A stretch of 64,000 nucleotides of DNA from Eledone cirrhosa (GCA_964016885.1 OZ024758.1:16678001-16742000), one strand, 5' to 3'; shown: positions 41,920-55,742, counted from the stretch's first letter. Notes: generated from the letters alone by a model not told the origin. A program made the numbers and translations.

Positions 41920-43320
41920 TCTACACATGCATGCATGCAGACATACATATAATCTACCTAGTTGATGTGTAAATTCCAACGAGAGAGACTTGTGTCTATG
42001 TTAGAAACCGACTCTCTCTCTCTATTGGTAAAAATTTGTGAAATTATAAAACCAGAACAATATACATACATACATGCATACATGCAGACATACATATATG
42101 CATACATGCAGACATACATATATGCATACATGCAGACATACATATATGCATACATGCAGACATACATATATGCATACATGCATACATACATATATGCATA
42201 CATGCAGACATACATACATGCATACATGCAGACATACATATATGCATACATGCATACATACATATATGCATACATGCAGACATACATACATATCTACCTA
42301 GTTGATATTGTATACATTCCAATGAGTGAGACTTGTGTCTATGTTAGAAACCGACTCTCTCTCTATTGGTAAACATTTGTTAAATTATAAAACCAAAAGA
42401 ACATACATACAAACATATGCATACATGCAGACATACATACATACATATCTACCTAGTTGATGTGTAAATTCCAATGAGAGAGACTTGTGTCTATGTTAGA
42501 AACCGACTCTCTCTCTCTCTATTGGTAAACATTTGTTAAATTATAAAACCAGAAGAACATACATACAAACATATACGCATACATGCAGACATACATACGT
42601 ACATATCTACCTAGTTGATGTGTAAATTCCAATGAGAGAGACTTGTGTCTATGTTAGAAACCGACTCTCTCTCTCTCTATTGGTAAACATTTGTTAAATT
42701 ATAAAACCAGAAGAACATACATACAAACATATACGCATACATGCAGACATACATACGTACATATCTACCTAGTTGATGTGTAAATTCCAATGAGAGAGAC
42801 TTGTGTCTATGTTAAAAACCGACTCTCTATTGGTAAAAAGTTGTTAAATTATAAAACCATAAGAACATACATGCATACATGCAGACATACATACATATCT
42901 ACCTAGTTGATGTGTAAATTCCAATGGGAGAGACTTGTGTCTATGTTAAAAACCGACTCTCTCTCTATTGGTAAAAATTTGTTAAATTATAAAACCATAA
43001 GAACATACATGCAAACATATGTGCATACATCCAGACATACATACATACATATCTACCTAGTTGATGTTGTGTAAATTCCAATGAGAGAGACTTATGTCTA
43101 TGTTAGAAACCGACTCTCTCTCTCTCTCTATTGGTAAAAATTTGTTAAATTATAAAATCATAAGAACATACATGCATACATACATATCTACCTAGTTGAT
43201 GTTGTGTAAATTCCAATGAGAGAGTCTTGTGTCTATGTTAGAAACCGACTCTCTCTCTCTCTCTATTGGTAAAAATTTGTTAAATTATAAAACCAGAAGA
43301 ACATTCATACAAACATACAA
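41920..43320. repeat. ~120-130-bp satellite (atctacctagttgatgtgtaaattccaatgagagagacttgtgtctatgttagaaaccgactctc...), ~9 copies; related monomer at 41400-41510
   Basis: Direct inspection; lies directly 3' of the RLE fragment. Confidence 0.9.
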
Positions 43321-43708
43321 AATGGAACAGAAATTAATGTAAAAAGTAACCCACAATAGTTGCTTCTTTCTTTGCCAAACAATTTCTCTACCTGCTGTTA
43401 ACTTGATATTTATAAGGTCCTTAGAGCTCATGCTGTTGTATACATGATTAAATCCCTTCCTTTTGAGCTTATAACTTTATATCTACAATTTTTGTCTATG
43501 TTGTTGTCATATTCGCTGTCATTCTTATTCACTCGCAATATATATCAGAAATATATATATATATATATATACACAGTCATGTTATGCCTATATGTATATA
43601 TATATATAATAAATGTTATGTAGCTATACACACATATTCATCGAGAGACATGAAGTATGTTTGTATGCATATTTAGTTATGTGTATGTAGTTATATATAT
43701 ATATACAC

Positions 43709-43739
<31 letters not shown>

Positions 43740-43869
43740 AGTGTGTATGTGTGTGTGTGTGTGTGTGTATGCACACACACATGCTCTTATAGATATGTAG
43801 GCATTACAAGGACATTTATTTATGTATTATTTTAAAGAGAAAAGGGATAAAAAGTTCGATTTTATTTGT

Positions 43870-43905
<36 letters not shown>

Positions 43906-44440
43906 GAGAGAAAGAGAGAGAAAGGGAGAGAAAGAGAGAGAAAGGGAGGGAGAGAGAGAAAGGGAGGGAGAGAGAGAAAGGGAGGGAGAGAGAGAGAGAG
44001 AGAGAGAGAAAGAATGATAAAGCAACATCAAGTATAGGAATGGTTTGAAAGGTAGAAAGGACAAAAACTGCATATATAGAGACAACCATACACTCTTAAA
44101 AGCAAATAAAAACTATACACATATATATACATACACATATACACACACACAGATATGCATACGTGTATCTATTGACATTCTAAATATACAATACTTATTA
44201 CGTTCGCCTTGTACAGAGAAATGGTAAAGAAAAACTGGTAAGAGATGGAAAGAAAAACTAAGAATTTGGTGAAATACAACTGGATGGATAGACTTAAGAA
44301 AACAGGCTATGACATATCTATGGGGAAAAAGGAGTATATAAATATTTCCTCCTTCATATCTTATATAATATTTTATGATGTCTGTTTGTCCGTATATATA
44401 TATATATAGTTATGTAATAAACAACATAAGATAATTATGT

Positions 44441-44495
44441 CATTTAACAGTGGTTTCTTGAAAGCAAGCAAAATTTGCTTTCAGTCATCAGAATG
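44441..44495 (-). ncRNA. Type I hammerhead (one stem III mismatch), same family as the 19.7-kb element
   Basis: catt CTGATGA c tgaaagcaa attttgc ttgctttca a GAAAC cactg TTA aatg. Flank acataagataattat is shared with 19667-19680. Confidence 0.72.
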
Positions 44496-44632
44496 AAAAA
44501 ATCCTGGTGTATTTATTGACAGTGGATTTTTTATATATATATATAGAGAGAGAAATGGCTATATTAAATACTTATACTCTGCTATGTATTGAGTACCTTA
44601 CTTACTGTAGTTACACCCGATTAAACCTGGGT

Positions 44633-44668
<36 letters not shown>

Positions 44669-44692
44669 GTTTATCTATGTATATATATAGAC

Positions 44693-44731
<39 letters not shown>

Positions 44732-44865
44732 TATATATATAGACATATACACACATACACACATATGTTTATATATATATATATATAAATAAGAGAGAGA
44801 GACTATATATAGACTATATATATAGACTATATATATATATATATAGACTATATATATATATATAT

Positions 44866-44912
<47 letters not shown>

Positions 44913-45069
44913 CAAACTGTACAGCTATCTATCCATATATTTAACTACCTGCGTACATACTTAGCTATTCTCTTTATGTTTATTATATATACTACAGCAG
45001 CACAGCAACCCCGGGCGAGTCTCCGATTTTTATATAATAAAATAAACACATACATTCAAACATACATAC

Positions 45070-46020
<951 letters not shown>

Positions 46021-46540
46021 TATTGTTATATTTGGGGAGGGTCATATTTGCGTAATATTGCCAGAATTAATAACAGAACACACTCACTGTTTGGTTGGTT
46101 TTCGCTTCTCGCTGTCTTTTATATATATATATCTGCGATCTAACTTACTCGGTCCTCAATGTTGCCATTGACTGACCGGCGGTCAAAAATAATACAGATA
46201 CAATATAGACAAACACATATATATATAGTTTACATAAATCTTTCGTTGCACATCTGCAACATCGTCAGTGGTGTTATATTCATTGTTCCTCCTGTTGTGT
46301 TGTATGTCTACGCCATTTTTTTTGTTCAGTCTGTCTATATATTTATTTATTTATTTGCTTGTTTGTTTATCTTATTTTATTTTGTCTTCTTTGCGCATGC
46401 GTTTGCGTGTGTGTATAGTGTTATGTGTGATGTGTGACTAGTGTGTATAGTGTTGTGTCTGCTGGGTGACTAGTGTGTGTTTATGTGCTTGTGTATGTAT
46501 TTATTTATCTTATTTTATTTAATTTAATTTACTTATTTAT

Positions 46541-47298
46541 TTATACTTCTCTTAGGTCAGTGTTGTTTGTTTGGGTGTTGTTGTTGTTCCACTCATTCTT
46601 TCTGTTTAGCTTTGGTCTTCTAATTTCTATTTCACTGGCCTCTCTGATTTGCCTATCTGCTGGGTCATTCCTATGTTTAGATATTATTCTAATTTCTATG
46701 TTGTCTATGTTACCGTCATGATGTTGTCTAGCATGTTCGTATAGTACTGACCCGTTTTTTCGTCCTTTTAGTTCCCCCCAGTGTTGGTCTATCCTTTCAC
46801 CTATGCTACGAGCTGTCTCACCTATGTATGTTGTTGTCGTGTTTCTGCAAGTACCCTCTGTACATCTTATGCTATAGACTACGTTTCTAGTTTTACAGTT
46901 TATCCGGGGGTTCACCTTACATATGATACATTTCCTATTGGTACAGTGGGTTTTCTTAAAAGGGTAGGTTTTGCTGATCAGGGATTTTATGGTGGTTCCT
47001 GGCTTTTCTACCACCTTTATTTTTAAGTGGGTCTTTCTCAGGGCCTTTCTACACTGGTTAGCTAATTTCCCTCCAGGGGTGGCGTCCACAAACATGACAC
47101 TCTGATATCTCTGGTTGTCGTACCATGATGTGGCCTTCCCTATCTTATGTCTAGCCCTATCTAAGCTATTCCATGATTTGCTCCTGTATAGTGGGCAAAT
47201 TCCTTTCATGTCCAGTTCTATGAGGGTCTTATACTTTTCCATGGCTCCTTCGTATACTCTGACTCTGTCTCTTTGGTTGTAGCCAGAGAACTGCATGC
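46541..47298 (-). pseudogene. Inverted duplicate of the PLE C-terminal region (thumb end + GIY-YIG)
   Basis: MQFSGYNQRD...TDLREV is identical to the C-terminus of the plus-strand ORF. The N-terminal MYYFHYY.. is antisense read-through. Confidence 0.9.
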
Positions 47299-47637
47299 AG
47301 TGACCACAGTAGTAATAACGGTAACAATACGAACAACAACAACAACAATAACCACAGTGGTAATAATGGAAATAGTACATGTAGCAACATCAACAAAAAC
47401 AAGAAACATAATAATAGTAACAACCACAATGGTAGAAATAGCAGTAACAACAACAATAACGGTGAAGTAAACAACAATACATCTAGCAATCATAACAATA
47501 ATAATATTAATGCTAAGGATAGAAACAACAACAACCACCATGATAACAATAATAGCAACACACACAACTATGACGATAGAAATAACGACAACCCCTTAGA
47601 GAAACTATTTTTCAACCCAGCTGACAAAACATATAAG

Positions 47638-49998
47638 ATGGGTAATATCTATCCTACGAGGTTACCCTTTAATAAAAGAGTTTGCATACCACAACAAATA
47701 GATGACGAGACGGAGGCACAGTTCACCATAGCTAGAAATAAGATTAGACAAGTAGTAGACAGGTACACTATGAGACAGAGCAGACCAGAGGCCCAACAAC
47801 TTGGGATAAAACCTGTAGAAGGCTTGGTTAGCCTCAAGCAGCGCACAAGGGATGGTGAGGTAGTGTGTCTACCCACAGATAAGTCTGGTAGGATGTCAAT
47901 AGATAGCATGCCGAACTACATCGAGGCAATGCAACCCCACATCACCAACACGAGCGAAGTTGCACAACTAACACACGATGGGAGAGAAAAAATCCTCAAC
48001 GCTCACATGATGATGTGGACTGACATCCTAAAGCCAAGCAGACGCACTGCCAACAACTTCCAGGCGTCTAACAATGGCATACCACCCTTGTATGGGCTCC
48101 GCAAAGACCACAAGACAGTCGACGACCCGACAATAGGACCACCAACAAGACCTGTATGCGGAGCTAATATAGCTAGCAACTACAGGATCTCCTACTTCCT
48201 CTCAATGGTTATACGCCCCATAATCAAGATGTCCCCAGATGTATGTGAAAGTACAGAGGACCTCCTCAGCAGAATCAGTGAGTGCAACAAAAACAGGAGC
48301 CTATCCAACTGCATAATAGGCAGCATGGATGTGGTGTCACTGTACCCATCCATTAACATTGATTTTGCTGTGAAAAGATGTGTGGAGATGATCATTGAGA
48401 GTGAGGTGGAGTTCTGCGACGTCGACACAGACGAACTGGGCCTCCTACTTAGACTTACCTACGACACTGACTACCTAGACAGCCATGACCTTAGATGTTT
48501 CTGCCCTAGTAGACCTATAAGAGGTAGACCCCCCACCATAACCTCAATGGCTAAAAAGACTCCCATAGGAAGGTGGATTGGGTGGACCAAAGCTATACGG
48601 ACCCCCCAAAACACTGATCAGGTAAGAAAAATGGTCGCACATGCAATAGGGGCTAGTATCAAAACTACCCTAAAGGGCCACATATTTAAGTTCAATGAGA
48701 AAATCTACACTCAAAATGAGGGAGCAGCCATCGGCGTCAGCATAGCTGGCGATGTTGCCAACCTTTTCATGGTATGGTGGGAAAGGAGACTTAAAGATCT
48801 CCTTAATGAAAGCTCCATAGACCTCATCATGTACTCTCGTTATGTAGACGATATCAATATAGTTATAAGAACACCCCCACTAGAGAGCACTAACAAGTTT
48901 GATTTAGAACGTAGCACGATGGAAAGCATCCAGCAGATAGCTAATTCCATACACCAGAGTATAACTGTAACTATAGACTTCCCTTCCAAACACCCTAACA
49001 ATAGACTATCTGTATTAGACACAGAACTCTGGATTAACACTATAGACGAGAGAGCCCAAATTCTCCACTCACACTATGCTAAACCCATGGCCTCCAAATA
49101 CCTGATACTCAAAAACTCAGCAATGTCCAGTAGTGCTAAGTTTAATATTCTGATCGCAGATTTGGTACGAGTGATGAAGAATGTGTCCAGCATGTGCGAC
49201 CCAACAGAAATGGAAGGACACATCCAACACTTCATCAACCGCATGCAGTTCTCTGGCTACAACCAAAGAGACAGAGTCAGAGTATACGAAGGAGCCATGG
49301 AAAAGTATAAGACCCTCATAGAACTGGACATGAAAGGAATTTGCCCACTATACAGGAGCAAATCATGGAATAGCTTAGATAGGGCTAGACATAAGATAGG
49401 GAAGGCCACATCATGGTACGACAACCAGAGATATCAGAGTGTCATGTTTGTGGACGCCACCCCTGGAGGGAAATTAGCTAACCAGTGTAGAAAGGCCCTG
49501 AGAAAGACCCACTTAAAAATAAAGGTGGTAGAAAAGCCAGGAACCACCATAAAATCCCTGATCAGCAAAACCTACCCTTTTAAGAAAACCCACTGTACCA
49601 ATAGGAAATGTATCATATGTAAGGTGAACCCCCGGATAAACTGTAAAACTAGAAACGTAGTCTATAGCATAAGATGTACAGAGGGTACTTGCAGAAACAC
49701 GACAACAACATACATAGGTGAGACAGCTCGTAGCATAGGTGAAAGGATAGACCAACACTGGGGGGAACTAAAAGGACGAAAAAACGGGTCAGTACTATAC
49801 GAACATGCTAGACAACATCATGACGGTAACATAGACAACATAGAAATTAGAATAATATCTAAACATAGGAATGACCCAGCAGATAGGCAAATCAGAGAGG
49901 CCAGTGAAATAGAAATTAGAAGACCAAAGCTAAACAGAAAGAATGAGTGGAACAACAACAACACCCAAACAAACAACACTGACCTAAGAGAAGTATAA
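47638..49998 (+). CDS. Penelope-like reverse transcriptase + Cys-rich linker + GIY-YIG endonuclease (786 aa from first Met; frame open from ~47299)
   Basis: TDKSG, LYGLRKDHK, TRPV, SMDVVSLYPSI, QNEGAAIG, YSRYVDD, VLDTEL, HYAKP; linker CTNRKCIIC..C; NVVYSIRC...YIGETARSIGERIDQH...EH...RQIREASEI...LN. Confidence 0.95.
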   Translation: MGNIYPTRLPFNKRVCIPQQIDDETEAQFTIARNKIRQVVDRYTMRQSRPEAQQLGIKPVEGLVSLKQRTRDGEVVCLPTDKSGRMSIDSMPNYIEAMQPHITNTSEVAQLTHDGREKILNAHMMMWTDILKPSRRTANNFQASNNGIPPLYGLRKDHKTVDDPTIGPPTRPVCGANIASNYRISYFLSMVIRPIIKMSPDVCESTEDLLSRISECNKNRSLSNCIIGSMDVVSLYPSINIDFAVKRCVEMIIESEVEFCDVDTDELGLLLRLTYDTDYLDSHDLRCFCPSRPIRGRPPTITSMAKKTPIGRWIGWTKAIRTPQNTDQVRKMVAHAIGASIKTTLKGHIFKFNEKIYTQNEGAAIGVSIAGDVANLFMVWWERRLKDLLNESSIDLIMYSRYVDDINIVIRTPPLESTNKFDLERSTMESIQQIANSIHQSITVTIDFPSKHPNNRLSVLDTELWINTIDERAQILHSHYAKPMASKYLILKNSAMSSSAKFNILIADLVRVMKNVSSMCDPTEMEGHIQHFINRMQFSGYNQRDRVRVYEGAMEKYKTLIELDMKGICPLYRSKSWNSLDRARHKIGKATSWYDNQRYQSVMFVDATPGGKLANQCRKALRKTHLKIKVVEKPGTTIKSLISKTYPFKKTHCTNRKCIICKVNPRINCKTRNVVYSIRCTEGTCRNTTTTYIGETARSIGERIDQHWGELKGRKNGSVLYEHARQHHDGNIDNIEIRIISKHRNDPADRQIREASEIEIRRPKLNRKNEWNNNNTQTNNTDLREV

Positions 49999-50268
49999 AT
50001 AAATAAGTAAATTAAATTAAATAAAATAAGATAAATAAATACATACACAAGCACATAAACACACACTAGTCACCCAGCAGACACAACACTATACACACTA
50101 GTCACACATCACACATAACACTATACACACACGCAAACGCATGCGCAAAGAAGACAAAATAAAATAAGATAAACAAACAAGCAAATAAATAAATAAATAT
50201 ATAGACAGACTGAACAAAAAAAATGGCGTAGACATACAACACAACAGGAGGAACAATGAATATAACAC

Positions 50269-50306
50269 CACTGACGATGTTGCAGATGTGCAACGAAAGA
50301 TTTATG
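50269..50306 (+). ncRNA. Minimal hammerhead in the PLE 3' repeat (mirror copy 46233-46270, minus)
   Basis: ca CTGACGA t gttgca gatg tgcaac GAAAG at TTA tg: strong stem II, G-U pair in stem III, very short stem I. Confidence 0.75.
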
Positions 50307-50585
50307 TAAACTATATATATATGTGTTTGTCTATATTGTATCTGTATTATTTTTGACCGCCGGTCAGTCAATGGCAACATTGAGGACCGAGTAAGTTAGA
50401 TCGCAGATATATATATATAAAAGACAGCGAGAAGCGAAAACCAACCAAACAGTGAGTGTGTTCTGTTATTAATTCTGGCAATATTACGCAAATATGACCC
50501 TCCCCAAATATAACAATATCTGTTTCGACACACGATTTCATATAAAAAACCTCGCAAAACTATATATATATATATATATATATAA

Positions 50586-50711
<126 letters not shown>

Positions 50712-50761
50712 TTATATATATATATATATATATAAATTTATATATATATATATATATATAT

Positions 50762-50798
<37 letters not shown>

Positions 50799-50888
50799 TT
50801 ATATATTATATATATATAAATTTATATATATATATATATATAAATTTATATATATATATATATATAAATTATATATATATATATATAA

Positions 50889-50960
<72 letters not shown>

Positions 50961-51025
50961 GTATATATATATATATATATAAATGTATATATATTGCATA
51001 TATATTAATATATGTATATATATAT

Positions 51026-51087
<62 letters not shown>

Positions 51088-51184
51088 GTATATATATAAA
51101 TATATATAAATGTGTGCATATATGTGTGTGTTGTGTGTGTGTTTTGTATGTGTGTGTGTATGCAAGTATTTCTATATCTGTCTA

Positions 51185-51217
<33 letters not shown>

Positions 51218-51627
51218 GATAGATAGATATGACAACAATACTCAATGTGAACGTTCTAAACGTAAAAAAAAAATATATATATTAAAAGGGATCGAAAAAT
51301 TAAGAAATAACTTCTAAACATTCATAAAAAAAAAAAAAAAATAAATAAAAAAAAAAATCAAAATAAGTAAACGAAGAGGGAAATAACTTAAAAATTGACA
51401 AGTAATATCGAATGATACAGAGAAATGTAAAAACATATAATAATATCTTTGTTTTGTCTTGGGGTCGTCTTCTCTTAACTTATATAATATATATAATCTC
51501 GTCTTTTGTCCAACTTTTCCTTTCCTTTCTGAAGACGACAGGGTGTGATAGCTAATTATAGCAAATCTTGCGACTGCGCACACTATGTCACGCCTAGGAG
51601 AAACTGCATTCTGTGGTGGGTGTACAG

Positions 51628-52060
51628 TAATAATTGTTTCTACTTTAGGCACAAGGCCTGCAATTACCCCGTTTATTATTTACTTTATTTTAATTACTTT
51701 ATTTTATTTACTTTATTTTAATTACTTTATTTTATCGACCCCGTAAGGATGTAAGGCAAAGTTAACCTCGGCGGGATTTGAACTCAGACCATAAAGGGAC
51801 GTAACTCTATGCAAAGCATGACGTCTGACTCTCTACCGATACTGCCAAATACCTAAATCCTAAATCATTATTACTGGATTGGCAGTATCGGTAGAGAGTC
51901 GGACACCATGCTTTGCAGCATAGAGTTATGGTCCTTTATGATCTGAATTCAAATCCCGCCGAGGTTAACTTTGCCTTTCATCCTTACGCGGTCGATAAAA
52001 TAAAGTACCAGTAATGTACTGGGTATTTGTTGGCCTTGTGCCAAAAGTAGAAACAATTAT
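51628..52060. mobile_element. Two SINE family A copies, head-to-head (51628-51848 minus; 51876-52060 plus)
   Basis: Consensus match. Confidence 0.88.
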
Positions 52061-52221
52061 TACTGGGTGTACAGTAATAATGATTTCTGACTTAGGTATA
52101 AGGACAAGAATTATTTTGGGGGAGGAACGGGAGGTGAAAATCGATTAAATCGCTCCCCAGTTTGTCACTGGCACTTTATGTTACCGAACCCTTAGAGATG
52201 AAATGTTCATCGGGTTTGTTC

Positions 52222-52810
52222 TTATCCCGGTTTCTGTGGCATTAAGCGACTGAGAAGACTTCGCCTGGACATGGTGTGAGTCCGTCGCCGGGTTAAAATC
52301 TGTCCTTGAGCCTGGAGGTTCATCAAGTAGGCGCTTATCCCGATTCCCGTGGCATTACGTGACAGAGAGCACAAGACTCATTACGCAGGGTTAAACCCTC
52401 AGGCATTGTTGGTACTCATTGTCAGTTGAGTATACTGGAGCAACGTGAAATAAAGTGTTTTTCTCAACAACACAACACGCAACCCAATCCAGGAATCGAA
52501 CCCAATCCAGGAATCGAACCCAATCCAGGAATCGAACCCAGAACATTATGATCGTAAGTTCAACACCCTTATCCCAGTCTCCAAGGCATGAAGTGACAGA
52601 GAATTCAAGACTCCCCCTGGACAGGAACCAGTCCATAACAGGGTTAAACCCCCGTGCTATTGCTGCTACTCATTTTAAGCTGAGTATATTGGAGCAACAT
52701 GAAATGAAGTATTTTTCTCGAGACGACAACATACAACCCAGTCCAGGAATCGAATACACAGTATTATGATTGTAAGTTTAATACTCTTACCACTAAGCCT
52801 CGTACCTCCG
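52222..52810 (-). mobile_element. Second tRNA-derived SINE family (B): 2-3 tandem partial copies, with a 17-bp triplication at 52481-52538
   Basis: Minus strand shows gcttagtggtaagag A box, ttcgattcctgga B box and a ttgctccagt..actca.ctga..atgagta core. Confidence 0.75.
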
Positions 52811-53364
52811 CCAATGGATATCTAAGCCATTGTTCTAAAAATAGAACTGAGATTAGTGTTGGTTATTATGACACAGCTCAATGATGGTTGAAATCACAGC
52901 TCAGCCTTCTTTCCTTTTCCCCCAACTCTTCCAATCCTTTCCTCTATCTCCTCTCATCTTTTCTTCTATCTCTTCCATCATTTCTACTATTACTTTCTCT
53001 CTATATATTTCTGGTATTTTAATGTTCTTAATGTCAGAGTGATGCAAATCAAATTCGACTTCTGTGAGATTTGAGATGAAAATTTAAAGAAAATATAACT
53101 AAATTTATGAAACTCCTTTTTTTGGTGGATGGTGGAAGATGGTAGTAGATCTTTTTTCCAAATTCACTAATTCGATGACAACAATAATGGCAATGATAAA
53201 GAATTCTGATTCCTCACATTGGCACAGGAACACAAATTATATAGAAAGGGTTTAGTCGATTGAAGTGAGCCTTTTCATTTGCTGGTATTCTATTTTTTCA
53301 ACACGAAACAGGACACCGAAGTTGAAATTTAGAATAATTGAAACCAGAATTTAAATCAATAGAA

Positions 53365-53555
53365 TTAGACATTTTACAAGCAGAACCAACAGGCAAGAGA
53401 CCCAGGGGTAGACCTCGTGCAAGATGGTTGGATAACATCACCATTCGGATCCAGCCGGATCAATTGAAGGTGGTTGCTTCTGACAGGATCCTCTGGAAGG
53501 AGTGTCTGAGGACTCAATCCCCACGACCCTCTCAAGAATACGTGGGCGAAGAAGA
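53365..53555 (+). mobile_element. RTE-type LINE 3' fragment
   Basis: ILQAEPTGKRPRGRPRARWLDNI...ASDRILWK, followed by a gaagaagaa tail. Confidence 0.75.
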
Positions 53556-53604
53556 AAAGAAAAGGGTATAGTCGAATGAACTGAGCCTTTTAATTTGAAC
53601 TTTA

Positions 53605-53770
53605 TAATAATTGATTTCTACTATAGGCACAAAGCCACCACATTGGCTGGGTGGGTTGTGGGGTAGTCGATTAAATCGATCATCGACCACAGTGCATTAC
53701 TGGTGCTTTATTTTATCAACCCCGTAGGATGAAAGGCAAAGCTAATCTCGGCAGGATTCGAACTCAGAAC
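53605..53770 (-). mobile_element. SINE family A (longer-tail variant)
   Basis: Consensus match with a gtcgattaaatcga insert. Confidence 0.75.
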
Positions 53771-53862
53771 GTTTTGTTTTGGTGTGATGAAAATGATTAT
53801 GAATATTTTAACCAACGCTGCTTCATGTTAGAGATAAAAGTTTGTCTTCATGCAGCATATAT

Positions 53863-53894
<32 letters not shown>

Positions 53895-53895
53895 A

Positions 53896-54062
53896 TTCTA
53901 TTCTATTCTATTCTAAGGCGGGTAAAATTCCCGAGATCCATGGACGAGTTCTTTCCAGCGGTCTCTGTCCCTCATTATCGCTGCCATGTTCTGCGTCTCC
54001 AATAGACCAGTGTCTGTCCGTAGGGCATCAACATACGTTAACCTTGGTCTTCCGCTTCTAGT
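53896..54062 (-). mobile_element. RTE-type LINE 3' fragment with (AGAAT)n tail
   Basis: Minus-strand peptide RSGRPRLTYVDALRTDTGL...MRDRDRWKELV. Confidence 0.7.
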
Positions 54063-54732
54063 GTGTCCATGGTGGGTTGTAAGTTATGCACCAAAGCATT
54101 AAAAATAATTTGGTATACATATCTGTTTTGTCTATTGAATTAATTATTGAAAGATATGGACATTGAAATGTGAAAAAAACAACATTATTTTGTCTCCTGG
54201 ACCTTCTTTTAACTTATATAATATATATATTCGTCATTTCTCCAACGTTCCCTTTTGAAGACGACACTATGTGATCGCCGGTTATAACAGATCTTACGAC
54301 TGCATACATGTACATTGTATTGCTTTGTTGCGCTACGTAAGGGCCTACTACTTCTTACCACGGTAAGATTTAAACGTGAGAAACTTCTAGCTAATGTAAC
54401 ACCCATCGCGTTTACAATTCTACAGAATACAGTGGTGCATGTATTACATTAATGAGTAGTACAAGCCTGTTGTGACATTTTACAGATAAGTCGATTAAGT
54501 CATTTATAATTAAGTGCTTTATAATGGACGTAAACCGGTGAATGCTTTCTAATATAACACTCTTTAAGTTTATGTTTCTATAGTATATAACACTATATTG
54601 ATTACATTTACCTCGCCAAAAGGAATGGAACATTTAAAATGAAGACGAAACGAAACGTCTTGAAGGCTGATGTAACTAAGCTTAGAATACTGAATGCTCA
54701 TTTACCCAGTAGCCTATACCAGTCCTATCAAT

Positions 54733-54913
54733 TCCCCCGTCAAACGAGGAGATTTGCCAGCCTCTTTGGGTAGGTGAAATATGTTTTCTCTTGTGAAAAT
54801 GGGTATAGCTTTCATTATGTAAAATCTCCACATTTTTACCTCATTTCTTCCTGTTTTCGGGCACTTTTTTTATGGTAACCCCTGTTTGAGTTTTTAGAGG
54901 TTTGGCAGGTCTG
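54733..54913 (-). mobile_element. hAT-like terminal fragment; related copy at 56355-56539
   Basis: cagacctgccaa / cagacttgccaac terminus and ~180 bp of mutual similarity. Confidence 0.55.
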
Positions 54914-54949
<36 letters not shown>

Positions 54950-54956
<7 letters not shown>

Positions 54957-55246
54957 TAATGAAATGACAGGAGGCTGGATTTGTGTAAATCCTTGAAAGG
55001 TTTATTATACTATGATCATTTCAATGACCGGTTCCATATGAATCCGGTGATGATATCAAGTATTCGAAATATAATACGTGAATGTAATAGATAAAATCCA
55101 TGGGGCTGAAAATCAAGGACCCGAGGGCGACCGCCATCCACCACCCTCTACCTTTGCCGGTCGCCCTCGAGTATAGTACAATAAGTATAATAAACCCTTT
55201 CAAGGATTTACACAAATCCAGCCTCCTGTCATTTCATTATAATATT
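54950..55246. mobile_element. Fold-back mini-element (~60-bp arms), TA-flanked on the left, with an internal GC hairpin
   Basis: aatattataatgaaatgacaggaggctggatttgtgtaaatccttgaaagg and its reverse complement at 55196-55246. Confidence 0.8.
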
Positions 55247-55395
55247 TAACTCCGTAATAGCACCACCAACTACAAAAACAAAGACGGTTGAACTGCTTTA
55301 CGTTGAGTACTCTCTATATTATTACATTGCGATTGACCATACGGAATTGACCAGCTCTATCCAGTGGTGAACCTCAAACCTGAATAAATATATAT

Positions 55396-55561
<166 letters not shown>

Positions 55562-55742
55562 TCTACAAAACCAAATTGTAAAATTATAATATAAAATTAA
55601 ATTAAAGTCATTAATTTCTTTATATATATATATCTATATCTATCTATATCTATATATAAGGAAGCTCTACCCAGGAAGCTCAACCGTTAAGGTTGTCTTT
55701 TTTTTCCGGGTAAGTCAATATTTATTTATAAAACAAATCTAT

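Larger units (their letters stand above)
46021..50560 (+). mobile_element. Penelope-like retroelement, 5'-truncated, with an inverted 3' duplication (46021-47298 = reverse complement of 49241-50518) and a ~41-nt unpaired tail
   Basis: Mirror coordinates sum to 96539 throughout. The ORF track gives identical peptides in both arms; flanked by (TA)n. Confidence 0.95.

Noticed and set aside
46021-50518. Large inverted repeat as DNA-transposon TIRs or an assembly fold-back artefact
   Set aside because: The arm is the coding 3' end of the PLE with a microhomology junction and a one-sided tail. The same geometry recurs in diverged small elements whose arms carry independent mutations. Read-level confirmation is still advisable.
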